A DNA stretch of 64,000 nt from Malacoraja senta. Lineage: Eukaryota. Both the position numbers and the translations under genes were made by a program. Under the pieces are notes generated by a model. It saw only the letters and a list, made by a program, of their open reading frames with translations. It was not told the origin of the DNA and did no database searches. This document shows positions 1 to 12,947 of this stretch, piece after piece. Each line of letters starts with the position of its first letter. Positions within the stretch are counted from its first letter, which is position 1. The stretch covers positions 3,722,001 to 3,786,000 of the forward strand of contig CM075997.1 of the NCBI GenBank assembly GCA_038087875.1, written 5' to 3'.

Positions 1-446
1 TGCCCGTTCTCCCTGTGACCTGCGTTGGTTTTCATCGGTTTCCTCCCAACACCCTCCAATATGTAAAGGTTTGTCGGTAAATTGGCTTCGGTTTAAAAAA
101 AAAAAAATGTGATTTGTAAAAAAAGATACTGTTAATGTCCGGGAATCGGTGGTAGCCGCGGAATCGGCGGGCCGAAGGGCCTGTTCCGCGCTGTATCTGT
201 AAACTACAAGGCGCTAAGAAACGTTTCAATGTAAACTCTTTCAGACGCGGCTGGAGTTTGGGATGACCATCTTCGATTTAAATTTTCAATAATTTGTGGT
301 ATTGGATTTTGTAGAGTTTTGCAAGTTAATATAAAGGTTGGAACTGTGCAGAAGAGAGGGGCGGTTGATGCGGGAGAGAATATTGTAGCGCCTAAGGGTG
401 TCCGAGTAAGTTAGAGTGACAAATTGTTTGTTTTTACTCTCTGCAG

Positions 447-504
447 GGAACTTTCTCTCTGATTATCGAGGCATGGAATGCGGAATCCAACGAGCCCAGC
501 ACCG
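447..504 (+). CDS. dlc: Delta exon (DLL1 exon-3 equivalent): [19 protein letters not shown]
   Basis: ctgcag|GGAACT acceptor after a pyrimidine tract; ACCG|gtaatc donor; [10 protein letters not shown] is the conserved Delta MNNL motif. Confidence 0.93.
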
Positions 505-3500
505 GTAATCAATTCTCACTCTTATTACCAGAGGGCGCAGTTCATCAGAGTCCGGCCGCGTTCAATGTATCCGTTCAATACTCTTTGCCGAAGAGAGACA
601 GACATGCATGCTGGAGTAACTCAGCGGGACAAACAGCATATCTGGAGAGGAATGGACGGGTGATGTTTCTGAAGAACCCATCCCTTCTCTCCAGAGATGC
701 CGCCTGTCCCGCTGAGTTACTCCACCATTTAAACCAACATCTGCAGTTCAACACTCTTTGCGCCCGCTCCCCGCTCCCCGCACTCGCCCTTCAGATGTAC
801 CTCCTTTCTCACCTTCTCCCCCTTTTTTCTCTCCCCCCCCACCACCCCATATCAACAGATAACCCCCAGAACTGATCAGCCGCCTGGCCACCGGTCGCCG
901 CTTGGCTATAGGCGAGGACTGGTCTCAGGACGTCCAAACGGTGGAACAGAGCGAACTGCGCTACAGTTACCATGTGGTATGCGGCGAGTTTTACTACGGC
1001 GAGGGCTGCTCCGTCTACTGCCGACCCAGAGACGACAACTTCGGCCACTACACCTGCGACGAGACCGGCCAGCGAGTCTGCCTGCCCGGCTGGAAGGGCG
1101 ATTATTGCTCGGAACGTAAGGACCACCTCCCTCTCTATTGTGCTTTAGAAATTAAACTGCTGGAGAGAAAACACACACACACACACACGCACACACACAC
1201 AGCGTTGGAGGAAGGAACATAAAAGACAAAATGCTGGAGTAACTCCGCGGTTGGTGCTGCCTGATCCGCTGAGTTGCTGCCAGCAGTGTAGGCACAGAGA
1301 ACTGCAGATGCTGGTTTACAAAAAAAAAGACACAACGTGCTGGAGTAACTCGGCGGTTGATGCTGCCTGACCCGTTGAGTTACTCCAGCACTTTGTGTCT
1401 TTTTGTTGTTGTTGTAAACCAGCACCTGCAGTTCCCTGTATGTCCAGTGCTGGAGGAACTGGAGGGATTGGACCCAACCCTTCTTCAGACCCAACCCGTA
1501 ACTTTGTCTATCCATTCCCATCCACAGATGCTGCCTGGCCCGCTGAGTTCTCCAGCACTTTGTGTTTTGCTCAGGTTTCCAGCGTCTGCGGTTCCTCGTG
1601 TGACCAGACCTCTGGAGGAACTCGGCGGACCAGCGAGAAAGTGATAGTCGACGTCTTATTTCCGTTTTCTCCAGCAGTTTGTTTTTTTGTTATTCCCAAT
1701 TACAGCATCTCTAACACAAGTGTCTCTATTCTGCTGCTTGTCCGCCGGGATATTTTCCAGAAATCAATTGACCAAAAGACATACAAATTTGTCGGCTAAT
1801 TGGCTTTGGTAAAGATTGTAAATTGTCCCTGGTGTGTGTAGGGTAGTTAGAGAACAACAAATATATGATGTGTGATAGTGCAAACTCACACCCTCAAAAT
1901 CTTATTTGCAGAAATTAAATCTTGCTTTGACAATCTTTCTTGCTTTAACCCTACTTTAATATTGAGGTTTGGGGGCAATTCTCAATTGTAAATTTGGGGG
2001 GATTTCAAGATACCCGCAAAGCAAAACACAAAAACCCTGTTTGGGTCATTTTCCACACTTGGGTTGTGGGATTTCGGCCCCGGGTTGGTTTTGATTTAAC
2101 AGAGGGAGGCTGGAACCCTCCATTGAAAAGGGGGATGAATGTGGCCGAGTAAAAAAGCATATGTTCCGTCTGGTTAACTTATTCAAGTGTGTTAACACAA
2201 GCCGCTCTCCTCGGAGGGGGGACAAAACAAAGACAGCTGACACGCCACAGCTGAAGAATAACATTTGAATAAATTTCGACATGTTTTGAAAGAGCGGCAG
2301 TGTGTACAATAAAAGAGGCAACACGCGAGTGGAAGGATATGTTGGCATGGAAACTTAACTCCTCAATCGCGCTTGTTAATGCCCCTTTTCAGATGGGGCA
2401 GTTTGCTTTGCTGGGTCTGTTCAGGGCATTCATCTCCCGGGTGCTTAAGGGAGCGCGGTTTAATAGAGACACGCGAACTAAGCCCTTTATTGCAGACAGC
2501 GAGCGTGTGTTATTGTTCCGGAGCCTTGCCTGGGAGGAGTTAGCTGCGTCTGAAAACACCCCCCAAACTCTTGAATCTGTTTGTACGCCTCTTAAAACAT
2601 TATCCTCTCTTCCAAATATTTCACAGCTATTTGCTTGCTGGGTTGCCACGATAAATATGGATACTGTGGAAGGCCGGGAGAATGCATGTGAGTTTCGATT
2701 ACGTTGTTCAATTTTTTTATTTTTTTATTTCTCTCGATATGGATTTAATTTTTTGTTGGGATGTAGATGGGCGAGGAGGGTGTCGGCTGTCACAGGTGAG
2801 CTATTTCTAGCCTGCTGCTCAGGAGATGAGAACACACCACATTGTTTACAGAAGATGTTACAACGTCTCCCAGCTTCAGCCAACTTTCTGATTTCCATTT
2901 TTTTGTTTTTCATCACAGTTGCCAAATTCTGCCAAATTGCCCGTTTTTATCCACGAGTAGTTGCTCTACTCAACAGCCAAGAATCTGTAGCCTCCCTTTG
3001 ATCTGGTATTTTGTTGGTTCGCATGCTTGATCAATGGTGTTTTATCATTAATGTTTTATTATTATTAATATTTAGTGTTTTCTAAGTCATTCGTAACTGT
3101 CACTGTATGTCATGTTGTTAATTGTGGGCAGAGCACCAAGGCAAATTCCTTGTATGTGAATACTTGGCCAATAAACTAGATTGTTCAGCAAAACACCAAG
3201 TGCTAGTGGAACTAACTCAGCAGGCCAGGCAGCATCTGTGGAGGGAATAGACAGGTGACGTTTCGGCTCGGGACCCTTCTTCAGTCTGAAGAAGAGTCTG
3301 ACACTGAAGAATCAGTCTGAAGATGGGTCCCGACCTGAAAATTTGAATGAGCTGCCTGGCCCGCTGGTATAAAGGCATAATAATAATCTGCCTCTCCAGA
3401 TGCTGCCTGGCCCACTGAGTTCTTCCAAGCGCTTTATGTTTTGCTCAGGCCTTGTGTTTCCAGCATCTGCTGCCTTGTGTGTATCCATTTAGATTATTAG

Positions 3501-6500
3501 TCCTGTTTCCAACACGGGAATCAATAGAATTACTGCTGCCATCACTCGCCATTGATCATAAGAAAGTCCGAGCATAAGTAGGCTATTCGGCCCCTCCAGC
3601 CTGTCTCACCGTTTGATACGACCATGGCGGATCTATGTTCTATGATAGGATGGTGGAATAGACTCGATGGGCTGAATGGCCTAATTCTGCCCCTAGAACC
3701 TTTGAACATGATGGCCTCAACTCCTCTTCTGAGTCATGTCCAGCACTCTCATTTGTTTAATCTAGTAAATATCCATCTATCTCAACCTTGAAAATATCCA
3801 ATGATTTTCACCATGGTCTCCACCACTCTCTGAGGCAGAGAATTCCAGAGATTCACCACCCTCTGCAAGAAAAACAATTCTATGCATCTTAGTTTTAAGT
3901 AACTAGCTGCCTAACATGGAACTATGAAACCCCGGTCCTGACTCCCCCACAAGTGGAAATTCCTCATATCTACTTTCCCATGCGCGTGTAGCATTTTATA
4001 TATTTGAGTATCAAATTTTTAAACTCCAAGGAATACAAGCCCAAAGTATCAACGCTATCTTGAAAGACAACCCTCTCATTACGGGATGTTTAAGAAGGAA
4101 CTGCAGATGCTGGAAAAATCGAAAGTAGATAAAAATGCTGGTGGAACTCAGCGGGTGAGGCAGCATCTATTGAGTCAGAAGAAGGGTTTTGACCCGAAAC
4201 GTCACCTATTCCTTCGCTCCATAGATGCTGCCTCACCCGCTGAGTTTCTCCAGCATTTTTTTCTACCCTCTCATTACGGGAATTAGCCGAGTCACTCCTT
4301 TGGGTTGTCTCCAGGTTAATGTTTCCAGTTCCCCATTTACACGTTTATACTTCATGTTCTCAGATGCTGACTGGCCAGTTGGGCATTCTTCATGTTTTCT
4401 CATATAATTCAACTGATGCATAGCCTTGGACCTGCGATTATATTCAAGCCAGCTGTTTTTTAATGGAATAATACCAGTGGGTGGTACCATTGATAGGATG
4501 AGGCCCTGGTCAGAAAAAATAAGGGGGTATAATTCAGGTATGGACAGCTGGGAATAAATGGACGACTGTAAGATAATAGGGAGTGTAGGAATGCACTTAA
4601 GAAGGAAACCAGGAGGGGAGGAAGGAGCTTTGGCAGAATGAATGAATGAATGAATGAATAAGTTTATTGGCCAAGTATTCACATACAAGGAATTTGCCTT
4701 GGTGCTCTGCCAGCAAGTGACAACATGACATACAGTGACAGTTAAGAATAAAACATTAAACATTAATAATTAAACATTATTGATTAAACATGTGAATTAA
4801 ATAAAATACCAGAGCAAAAGGAGGCTACAGATTTTTGGTTATTGAGTAGAGCTACTACTCGTGGGGGAAAGAAAGTTGTTTTTATGTCTGGATGTGGCAG
4901 CTTTGACAGTCCGGAGTCGCCTTCCAGAGGGAAGTGATTCAAAGAGAAGATTAAGCAGAATCCAAAGAGTATGTTAAGGGGAAATAAAATAGTAGGTAGG
5001 GAGAGAAGAAGGGCCTCCAAAGACTGAAATGGATATCCATAAGTGGAACCGCAGGAGATGGACTCGGTTCTCAATTATTCCATGTGTTTAGCATGGAGAA
5101 AATCATGGAGTCAAGGGAACTTGGGAAAAGTTAATGGGAATGTTTTGGGGATAAACAACATCATAGTAGAGGAAGTGTTCTATGCCGTAAAACGTACAAA
5201 GGTAGATAAATGTGTGGGGAATGTTCGGTTACATGCAAGAATACTTGGAAACAAGGGAACAATGTATAGGATTCCTTGCTGATAAATATGCATCAGTGTT
5301 GGCCACGGGGGGGTGTGCTATAAGACCAGAGGGTGGCCATTTTGTCTTTATTTAAGAAGAGCTGCAAATAAATATCTGGGAACTATAGTCCAGTAAGCCT
5401 AATGTCTGTGGTAGGTATTCTTTAGGATAAGATATACAATAATTCAGAAAGACAGGTAGCTGATGGGAATAGGGGTTTACACATCAGATCATGTCTTGTG
5501 AATTTAATGGTGTTTTTTGAGGAAATAATCAAGAAGGTAGATGGGGGCAGAGAGGTAGATATATTCTATATGTACTTCAGCAAGGCCTTTGATAAGGTTG
5601 GATCACATGGGACCCAGGAAGAACTAGCTACATGGAGACATAATTGACTAGTCCAGGGCTGGGCTTTCACATGGAGCTGTAAGGCCCTGGGTGAACAATC
5701 ACACACTTGGCTGGAAGTGGCATCACCGGATGGGTAGGGTGGTGAAGATGTTTTTTGGCACACTTGCCCACATCAGCCAGACACTAAGTCTGGAAGTTGG
5801 CATGTTGCGGTTGCAGAAGACCTCGGCAAGGCCACACTTGGAGTATTGTAGTCACTCTATTGGAAGGATGCCATTAGCTGGAAAGAATGCAGAGGAGATT
5901 TGCAAGGATTTTGCCAGGACTCGAAGGACTAAGTCATCGGGAGACTATGACTTTATCTCTTGGAGTGTCGGAGACAGAGGGGTAATCCTATGGAGGTGTA
6001 TAAAATCATAAATGGTGTAGAGATGGTGAATGCACTTCATTGTTCCCAGGGTTGAGGAATTTAAGAATTAAAGGGCATAGCTTTAAGGTGAGAGGGGAAA
6101 GATTTAATAGGAATCTGACGGACAACATTTTCACATAGAGGATAGTAATACTATGGAGAGAGCTGCCAGAGGAAGATGTTGAGTCTGATACAATAACAAC
6201 ATTTAAAAGACATTTGTGCATGTACATCGATAGGAAAGGTTTAGAGAGTTAAGGGGCTGTCCCACTGTACGAGCTAATTCAAGAGCTCTCCTGAGTTAAA
6301 AAAAAAAAATCAAACTCGTGGTAAGGACGTAGAATGTACGTAGCGGGTACGTCGGAGCTTGGACGTCTCTTAGCGGCTCGTAACGCTAACGGCAGGTACT
6401 CGGGTAAACGCGGTAAGCTCGTGAAGATTTTTCAAACATGTTGAAAAATGTCCACGAGAGCCCCGAGTACCTACGAGCGGCCATTACCGTAATTCTTTGA

Positions 6501-9500
6501 GTTGGAATCGGGAAAACTTGGGAGAACTCTTGAATTAGCTCGTACAGTGGGACAGCCCCTTTATTGGTTAAACCTGGGCAAATAGTAATCAAATTCTTGA
6601 TTAGTAAGAATGTCAGGTGTTATAGGAGAAGCCAGGAAAATGTGGTTGAGAGGGAAAGATAGATCCGCCATGATTGAATGGCATAGACTTGATGGGCCGA
6701 ATGGCCTAATTCTGCTCCCAGAACCTATGAGCTTGTGAAATGGGACTAGCTTGGACCAGGGGTGGAAAACCCGGGGGAGCCAGAGGGGGACACGTCCCCT
6801 CCATGTTTTGATAGCGAGTTCCACTCTTGGCTTGGACATGCATGTTAGTTGAGTTGGTCTGAAGGGAGCTTTTTCCATGTTGTATGACTCTCTGAATGCC
6901 TGACTATGTCTTGTCTCTCTTTCTCCTAGATGTCGCATTGGTTGGCAGGGGCGGTTCTGCGATCAGTGCATCCGCTACCCGGGCTGCCTGCACGGCGTGT
7001 GCCAGGAGCCCTGGCAGTGCCATTGCCAGGAGGGCTGGGGCGGCCTCTTCTGCAACCAGGACCTCAACTACTGCACCAACCACAAGCCGTGCAAGCACGG
7101 CGCCACCTGCTCCAACACCGGCCAAGGGAGCTACACCTGCACCTGCAAGCCCGGCTTCAGCGGCACCAACTGCCAGATCGAGACCAACGAATGCGACAGC
7201 AATCCCTGCAAGAACGGAGGCAGCTGCACGGTAAGTGGACCCATTTAAACCAGGCTGCGGACTGGGCAGATCCAGCCGCCACCATTGCACAACATGCGAT
7301 CCACACACACAAAGGTCCACAACATACCGTTGTATTCTCTGAAACCTAGTGGCTTATTTTGCTCATTGTCGTTTCGATATTGACAGTACTTGCTGTGGGT
7401 AAATTAGCCACCTTATTTCCAGCCATATAACCTCGCCCATAATACCCAAATTCTCTGTCGTGCTTTGGGACCTTCAGGAAGGCAAGGGTTTCATTTCTCT
7501 GCAGAAGCATCTCAGTTTCTTAAGACTTCAAACTCTAGCACAGAGGAGGAGATGAGGCCAGGGGCAGATCAGCCATGATTGTATTCCATGGCGGGGCACT
7601 TGAGGGTCCGAGTGGCCAACTCCTGGTCCTATATTCCGATGTTCTCATCCTCTGGCGTTCTCATTTCTCTCCTGTCCCAGCGTCAGGCAAGGAGGACTCT
7701 GAATGATCTGAGGACAGGCAGGCTCTGGATTTCTGATCATCAACTCCTTTTGAGTTGAGTTGGTGGCCATTGGAGTGTTGGGTTTGATCCGGGATCTGGA
7801 TTGAGTTGTTGACTACTGCATTGGAGAAATGCAGGACTGGAGAAGGGGATGATCAGCCATGATCACATTGAATGGCGGTGCTGGCTCGAAGGGCCAAATG
7901 GCCTACTCCTGCACCTATTGCCTATTGACACTGAGATGTGGTGGACGGTTACTATGGAAGAGTTTAAACGTATTATGCTGGAAGTTCTTTGCTTCTACAC
8001 ACTGGAAGCAATGCTGGATCGGTGAAAGACAAGTGTGATCTAGAACTAAACGTGGTTTATGTTGGGGTCCAGGCAACATAGCATGGAGAAGCTGAAGCTG
8101 GTGGATGGCCAAACATCAGCTGAGCCCCCCACTGTGGGGGAAAGTCGGGCAGGGGTTCGAGTGAAACACCAGGCGATGCTCAGGACTCTCGCAGCAGCGT
8201 TCCCCATGCTGGGATTGGCTGGGCCAGTGGCAAGGAACCCGAGCTTGGGATGGGATCGGAGAACATGATTTATGATCTTCCAATACTTAACCAAGGAAAC
8301 CTCCGATGGACTCTTGTGTGAACGTGAGGGGGTGTTACTTCACCAAACGACCTGAGTGATGCTCTACCTGGAGCTTTTCAGCGTATTACATCCAGATACA
8401 GACCAGGCTAAAGGAACACCTTGCTGCTTTAAGACACAACATGCTGGAGTAACTCAGCGGGTCAGGCAGCATCTCTGGAGAGAAGGAATGGGTGACGTTT
8501 CGGGTCGAGACCCTTCTTCAGACGACTGACCTGAAACGTCACCCATGCCTTCTCTCCAGAGATACTGCCTGTCCTGCTGAGTTACTCCAGCATTTTGTGT
8601 CTATCTTCGATTTAAACCAGCATCTGCAGTTCCTTCATACACACTTTGCATTTTGGATCCAGGCGTTCCAACATTATTTTGTTTTATTATATATATATAT
8701 ATTATAAACAACTTTATTCTGTATAATGTTGAGATTATTGAAAATTACAATTGTATTCGGGAGATGCATACAAGGTGGAATTATTTTATCCTAGTTTAGT
8801 TTGGAGATACAGTACAGAAACTGGCCCTTCGGCCCACCATGTCCGTGCTGTACGCTCGTACTATCCTACACACTGGGGACAATTTACAATTTTTGCTGAA
8901 GCCAATTAACCAACAAACGTATATGTCTTTGGAGTGTGGGAGGAAACCGGAGCACCCGGAGAAAAGCCACGCGGTCAGGGGGAGAATGTACAAACTCCGT
9001 ACAGACGGCGCCCACAGTCAGGATCAAACCTGGTTCTCTGGCGCTGTAAGGCAATAGCTCCACATCCGCCCAAGATATTTCACCTTGTGTACATTGTAGA
9101 GATGCTGTGATCAGATAACTGATTGAAATGCCTTCTCAAAAATGGAGGGGAAAAATGAGAGCTGCTCTGTGGCCTTCGGTACAGGTTAGCCGAGAAATGT
9201 GTGGGAAGGAAGGAACTGCAGATGCTGGTTTAAACCAAAGATAGACACAAAACGCTGGAGTAACCCGGCGGGACAGGCGGCATCTCTGGAGAGAAGAAGG
9301 ACTGGGTGACGTTTCGGTTCGTGTCCCTTCTTCACAGACCAGGGTTTGATCACTGGTCCACATCTGAGTGTTTACAGGGATTGTCGAACACTGAAACTGC
9401 AAGCAGTCACCACTCTGCAAGGCATCAAATCCTATCTGAGTGATGATCCAAGTGGCAGAATTTTCAGACGTGACCTTTGGTCACACGAGCCGTTCCAACC

Positions 9501-12500
9501 AAGCCTGTGTGTTGAAGAAGGGCTCATTCTGGGAATTGGATCCCCTTCTTCCTTCAGTTGTACAATGACTGCATGGCCAGTAACGCCGACTTCCTGTGGA
9601 AAAATACACATCTCCTTGAAACCTACTTCCTTACCCTAATATAGCTTTGTCCATGGCAATTTATATCCAGTATTCTTCTGTGAAGCATGTGAGATATTTA
9701 CACAAGTTTATTAAGGTTGGTTTTTCTCCTAAAGGGAACAGGCTCCCTCAATCCATTCTGTCCAGATCCCTCGACATTCTGCCAAATTTCCTCTTAAGAA
9801 AACAGTCCCTGTCTTTCCGATCTACCCTCATAAAGGCTGTGGAGGCCAAGTCAGTGGATATTTTTAAGGCAGAGATAGATAGATTCTTGATTAGTACGGG
9901 TGTCAGAGGTTATGGGGAGAAGGCAGGAGAATGGGGTTAGGAGGGTGAGATAGATCGGCCATGATTGAATAACGGAGGAGACTCGATGGGCCGAATGAGC
10001 TAATTCTACTCCTGTCACATGACCTTATGTTCCTCATCCTGGGAACAGCTCTCCTCAGCTGTTTCTGGACACTCTACTCAACTTCCTATCATGACATAAG
10101 TTCTCCGCATTAGACCTCATCTGCTGCACATCTGCCCACCCTGCAGCCCCGCTGCAGCCTATCCCTGCCCCCTATGCAGCTCGCACTGCTGCAGTTATCT
10201 CGCCCTGGCATTGGCGCTTGTAAAACATCCAACAATCGGCATGGTGGCGTAGCGGTAGAGTTGCTGCCTCACAGCGCCGGAGGCCCGGGTTCGATCCCGA
10301 CTACGGGCGCTGTCTGTACGGAGTTTTACGTTCTCCCCGTGACCTGCGTGGGTTTTCTCCGAGATCTTCGGGTTCCTCCCACACTCCAAAGACGTGCAGG
10401 TTTGTCGGTCAGTTGGTTTGGTAAATGTAAAATTTGTCCCTAGCGTGTGTAGGATAGTGTTAATATGCGGGGATCGCTGGTCGGCGCGGACCCGGTGGGC
10501 CGAAGGGCCTGTTTCTGTGCTGTATCTCTAAACTCTCGGCCTGCAAAGCTGCAACTGGTCTTTGGCATCCACAGCCTGTTGTGGAGGCAGGTGGAGTCCG
10601 ACCACCCTTTGTGCAATGGGATGGTTTGGTTCCAATTCTGCGAGGACATTCCCCACGTGCTTGCAATTGACTCGTGGGAAATGTTCTCTGACCCATGTCT
10701 CGTGTGAGTCTAGACAGTTGACTAGGTGCCCAAAAACAGGGTGGGGTGGTAAATGTTGACGAGCTTGTTCGTATCCAAAGTCCATGCCAAAATTATTACA
10801 GTGGGGTCGGGAAAGTGAGGTTCCCTCGTATAAAGGCAGTGGGCTGGTTAGCTTAGCAGTGGACCAGATGTGGCTTCACATCTGTCTGCATACCTGTGCT
10901 GTCATTGATAGTCACCAGGGGGGCTGTGGGAGTGGGAGCAGCGAAGACCACCACAGTTTATTGGCCAAGTATTCACATACAAGGAATTTGCCTTGGTGCT
11001 CCACCCACAAGTAACAACATGACATACAGTGACAGTTACAAATGACTCGGAAAACACTAAACATTAATAATAATAAAACATTAATGATAAAACGCCATCC
11101 TTAACAATACCAAAGTTCGTGAGCAAGTGAATAAAACTCTCGTTTTCACACCTTACCCACCCATATCTTGCGTTTCCCTCTCCCGTGACTCAGTCTGAAG
11201 AACGGGCTCGACCCGAAACATCACCCGTTCCTTCTCTCCAGAGATGCTGCCCATCTCGCTGAGTTACTCCAGCATTTTGTGTCCATCTTCGGTGTAAACC
11301 AGCATCTGCAGTTCCTTCCCACATACTGTATAACGTGGGCAAGTGGGCTGGATGCATGGCCTTTGTGAGATTTTTCCCTCGAATTAAGATTGGAGCTTTA
11401 TTCCCTCGCCTTCCTCTCCATACCCTCGAGGGGTTAAAGTCAATCGTGAGCAACAGGCATTGTTGTCCCAACAATCTCCTGTCGTATTTCCGACTGGATT
11501 TTGCTCACCATTGAAGTCAACAGGAAGGAACCCGATCAATGTGTTTATCAAGAATGTGATCTTGAACGACCTGTTTTACATCGCGGCTCACAGTTCAAGT
11601 CGCCCTGTTATTTACCTCTCTGGGAAGCTAAAGCAGACAGCGTGCAAAGTCCATCCCGTGCATGACATGATCCCGACGGGAATCACATATCCACACCACC
11701 ATCGCACTGATTCCCAAGCCAGATCTTTGCCTTGCTCCCAACTACAGCCTTGTGCCCGCACTCTTTATCCTGCCCTCTGCTGCCCTTGTCTAAGTCCCTT
11801 GATTCTGCCCCATGTTGCCAGTGTTGGAAGTTCAAAGTCTGTGGATGGGCCATTTTGATCTTCTTCCACAGCTTTGTTCTCATGGAGTATGAGGGTCTAA
11901 GAATCAGTTCTGGACCAGGACTTGGGCGAGCCAGTTTTGGACCACTGTCTATTCCCTGCTGAGATGGTCCATGTGTCTGACTGTCCCTGGGATAGGGGCA
12001 GGTCTCCAGTGTGGGCATCACCCTGGATAGGGAAGTTCCACTAGATAAGGTAGATAGGGTAGGTTACCCAGGACTAGGTCGGCACGGTGGCGCAGCGGTG
12101 GAGATGCTGCCTTACAGATCCGGGTTCGATCCTGACGGTACGGAGTTTGTACCTTCTCCCCGTGACCTTATAGGTTTTCTCCGGGTGCTCCGGTTTCATC
12201 CCACACTCCAAAGGCGTACAGGTTTGTGGATTAATTTGGCTCCTGTAAATTATAAATGTGTCGGATAGTGTTAGTGTGCGGGGATCGCTGGTCGGCGCGG
12301 ACTTGGTGGGCCGAAGGGCCTGTTTCAAGACCTGCTGTCACCATGGGAAGAGGAATCTCACAAGTACCTCTTTCAAGCATGGAGTCATGCCCTGGCGACA
12401 AGCATGATCTTGTTCAAGAAGTGTTAATGGTTCCAGAACAAGTACTGAATGAATTTTTAGCTCAGACCCGTGATTAAATCTTCCACATCTTATCAGCAAA

Positions 12501-12852
12501 GCAGCTTTTGATGCGTTTGCCAATTACATCATTGGACCCTTTTGTCTTATTTGAAATTCATTTAAATCTTCTCTGTAAATGATCGAAGAAAAACATATTG
12601 GTGCCATCTATACATATCAGTCCAAAGAGATGTGCACATTTTTGAAGATAGACGCAAAACGCTGGAGTAACTCGGCGGGTCAGGCAGCATCTCCGGAGAT
12701 AAGGAATAGGTGACGTTTGGGGCCGAGACCCTTCTGCACATTCCTAAATCTAGGTTAAGCCAGGGCTCCATTCCTGAGAACTGCCTGATAACTAATTGCT
12801 TCATGTCAGAAATATCCGTTTTCTTTAGTAAACTGGAAAACACACCTACTAT

Positions 12853-12947
<95 letters not shown>

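Noticed and set aside
2300..3001. 233-aa ORF on the + strand
   Set aside because: No recognisable motif; it overlaps the real 61-nt Delta exon in another frame and runs into a repeat.
10238..10310. tRNA-like sequences with A/B boxes (many copies)
   Set aside because: These are SINE heads followed by V-domain and tail; no full cloverleaf.
10673..10680. RBPJ/CSL consensus CGTGGGAA
   Set aside because: A single 8-mer in probable repeat-derived sequence, plausible by chance in 64 kb.
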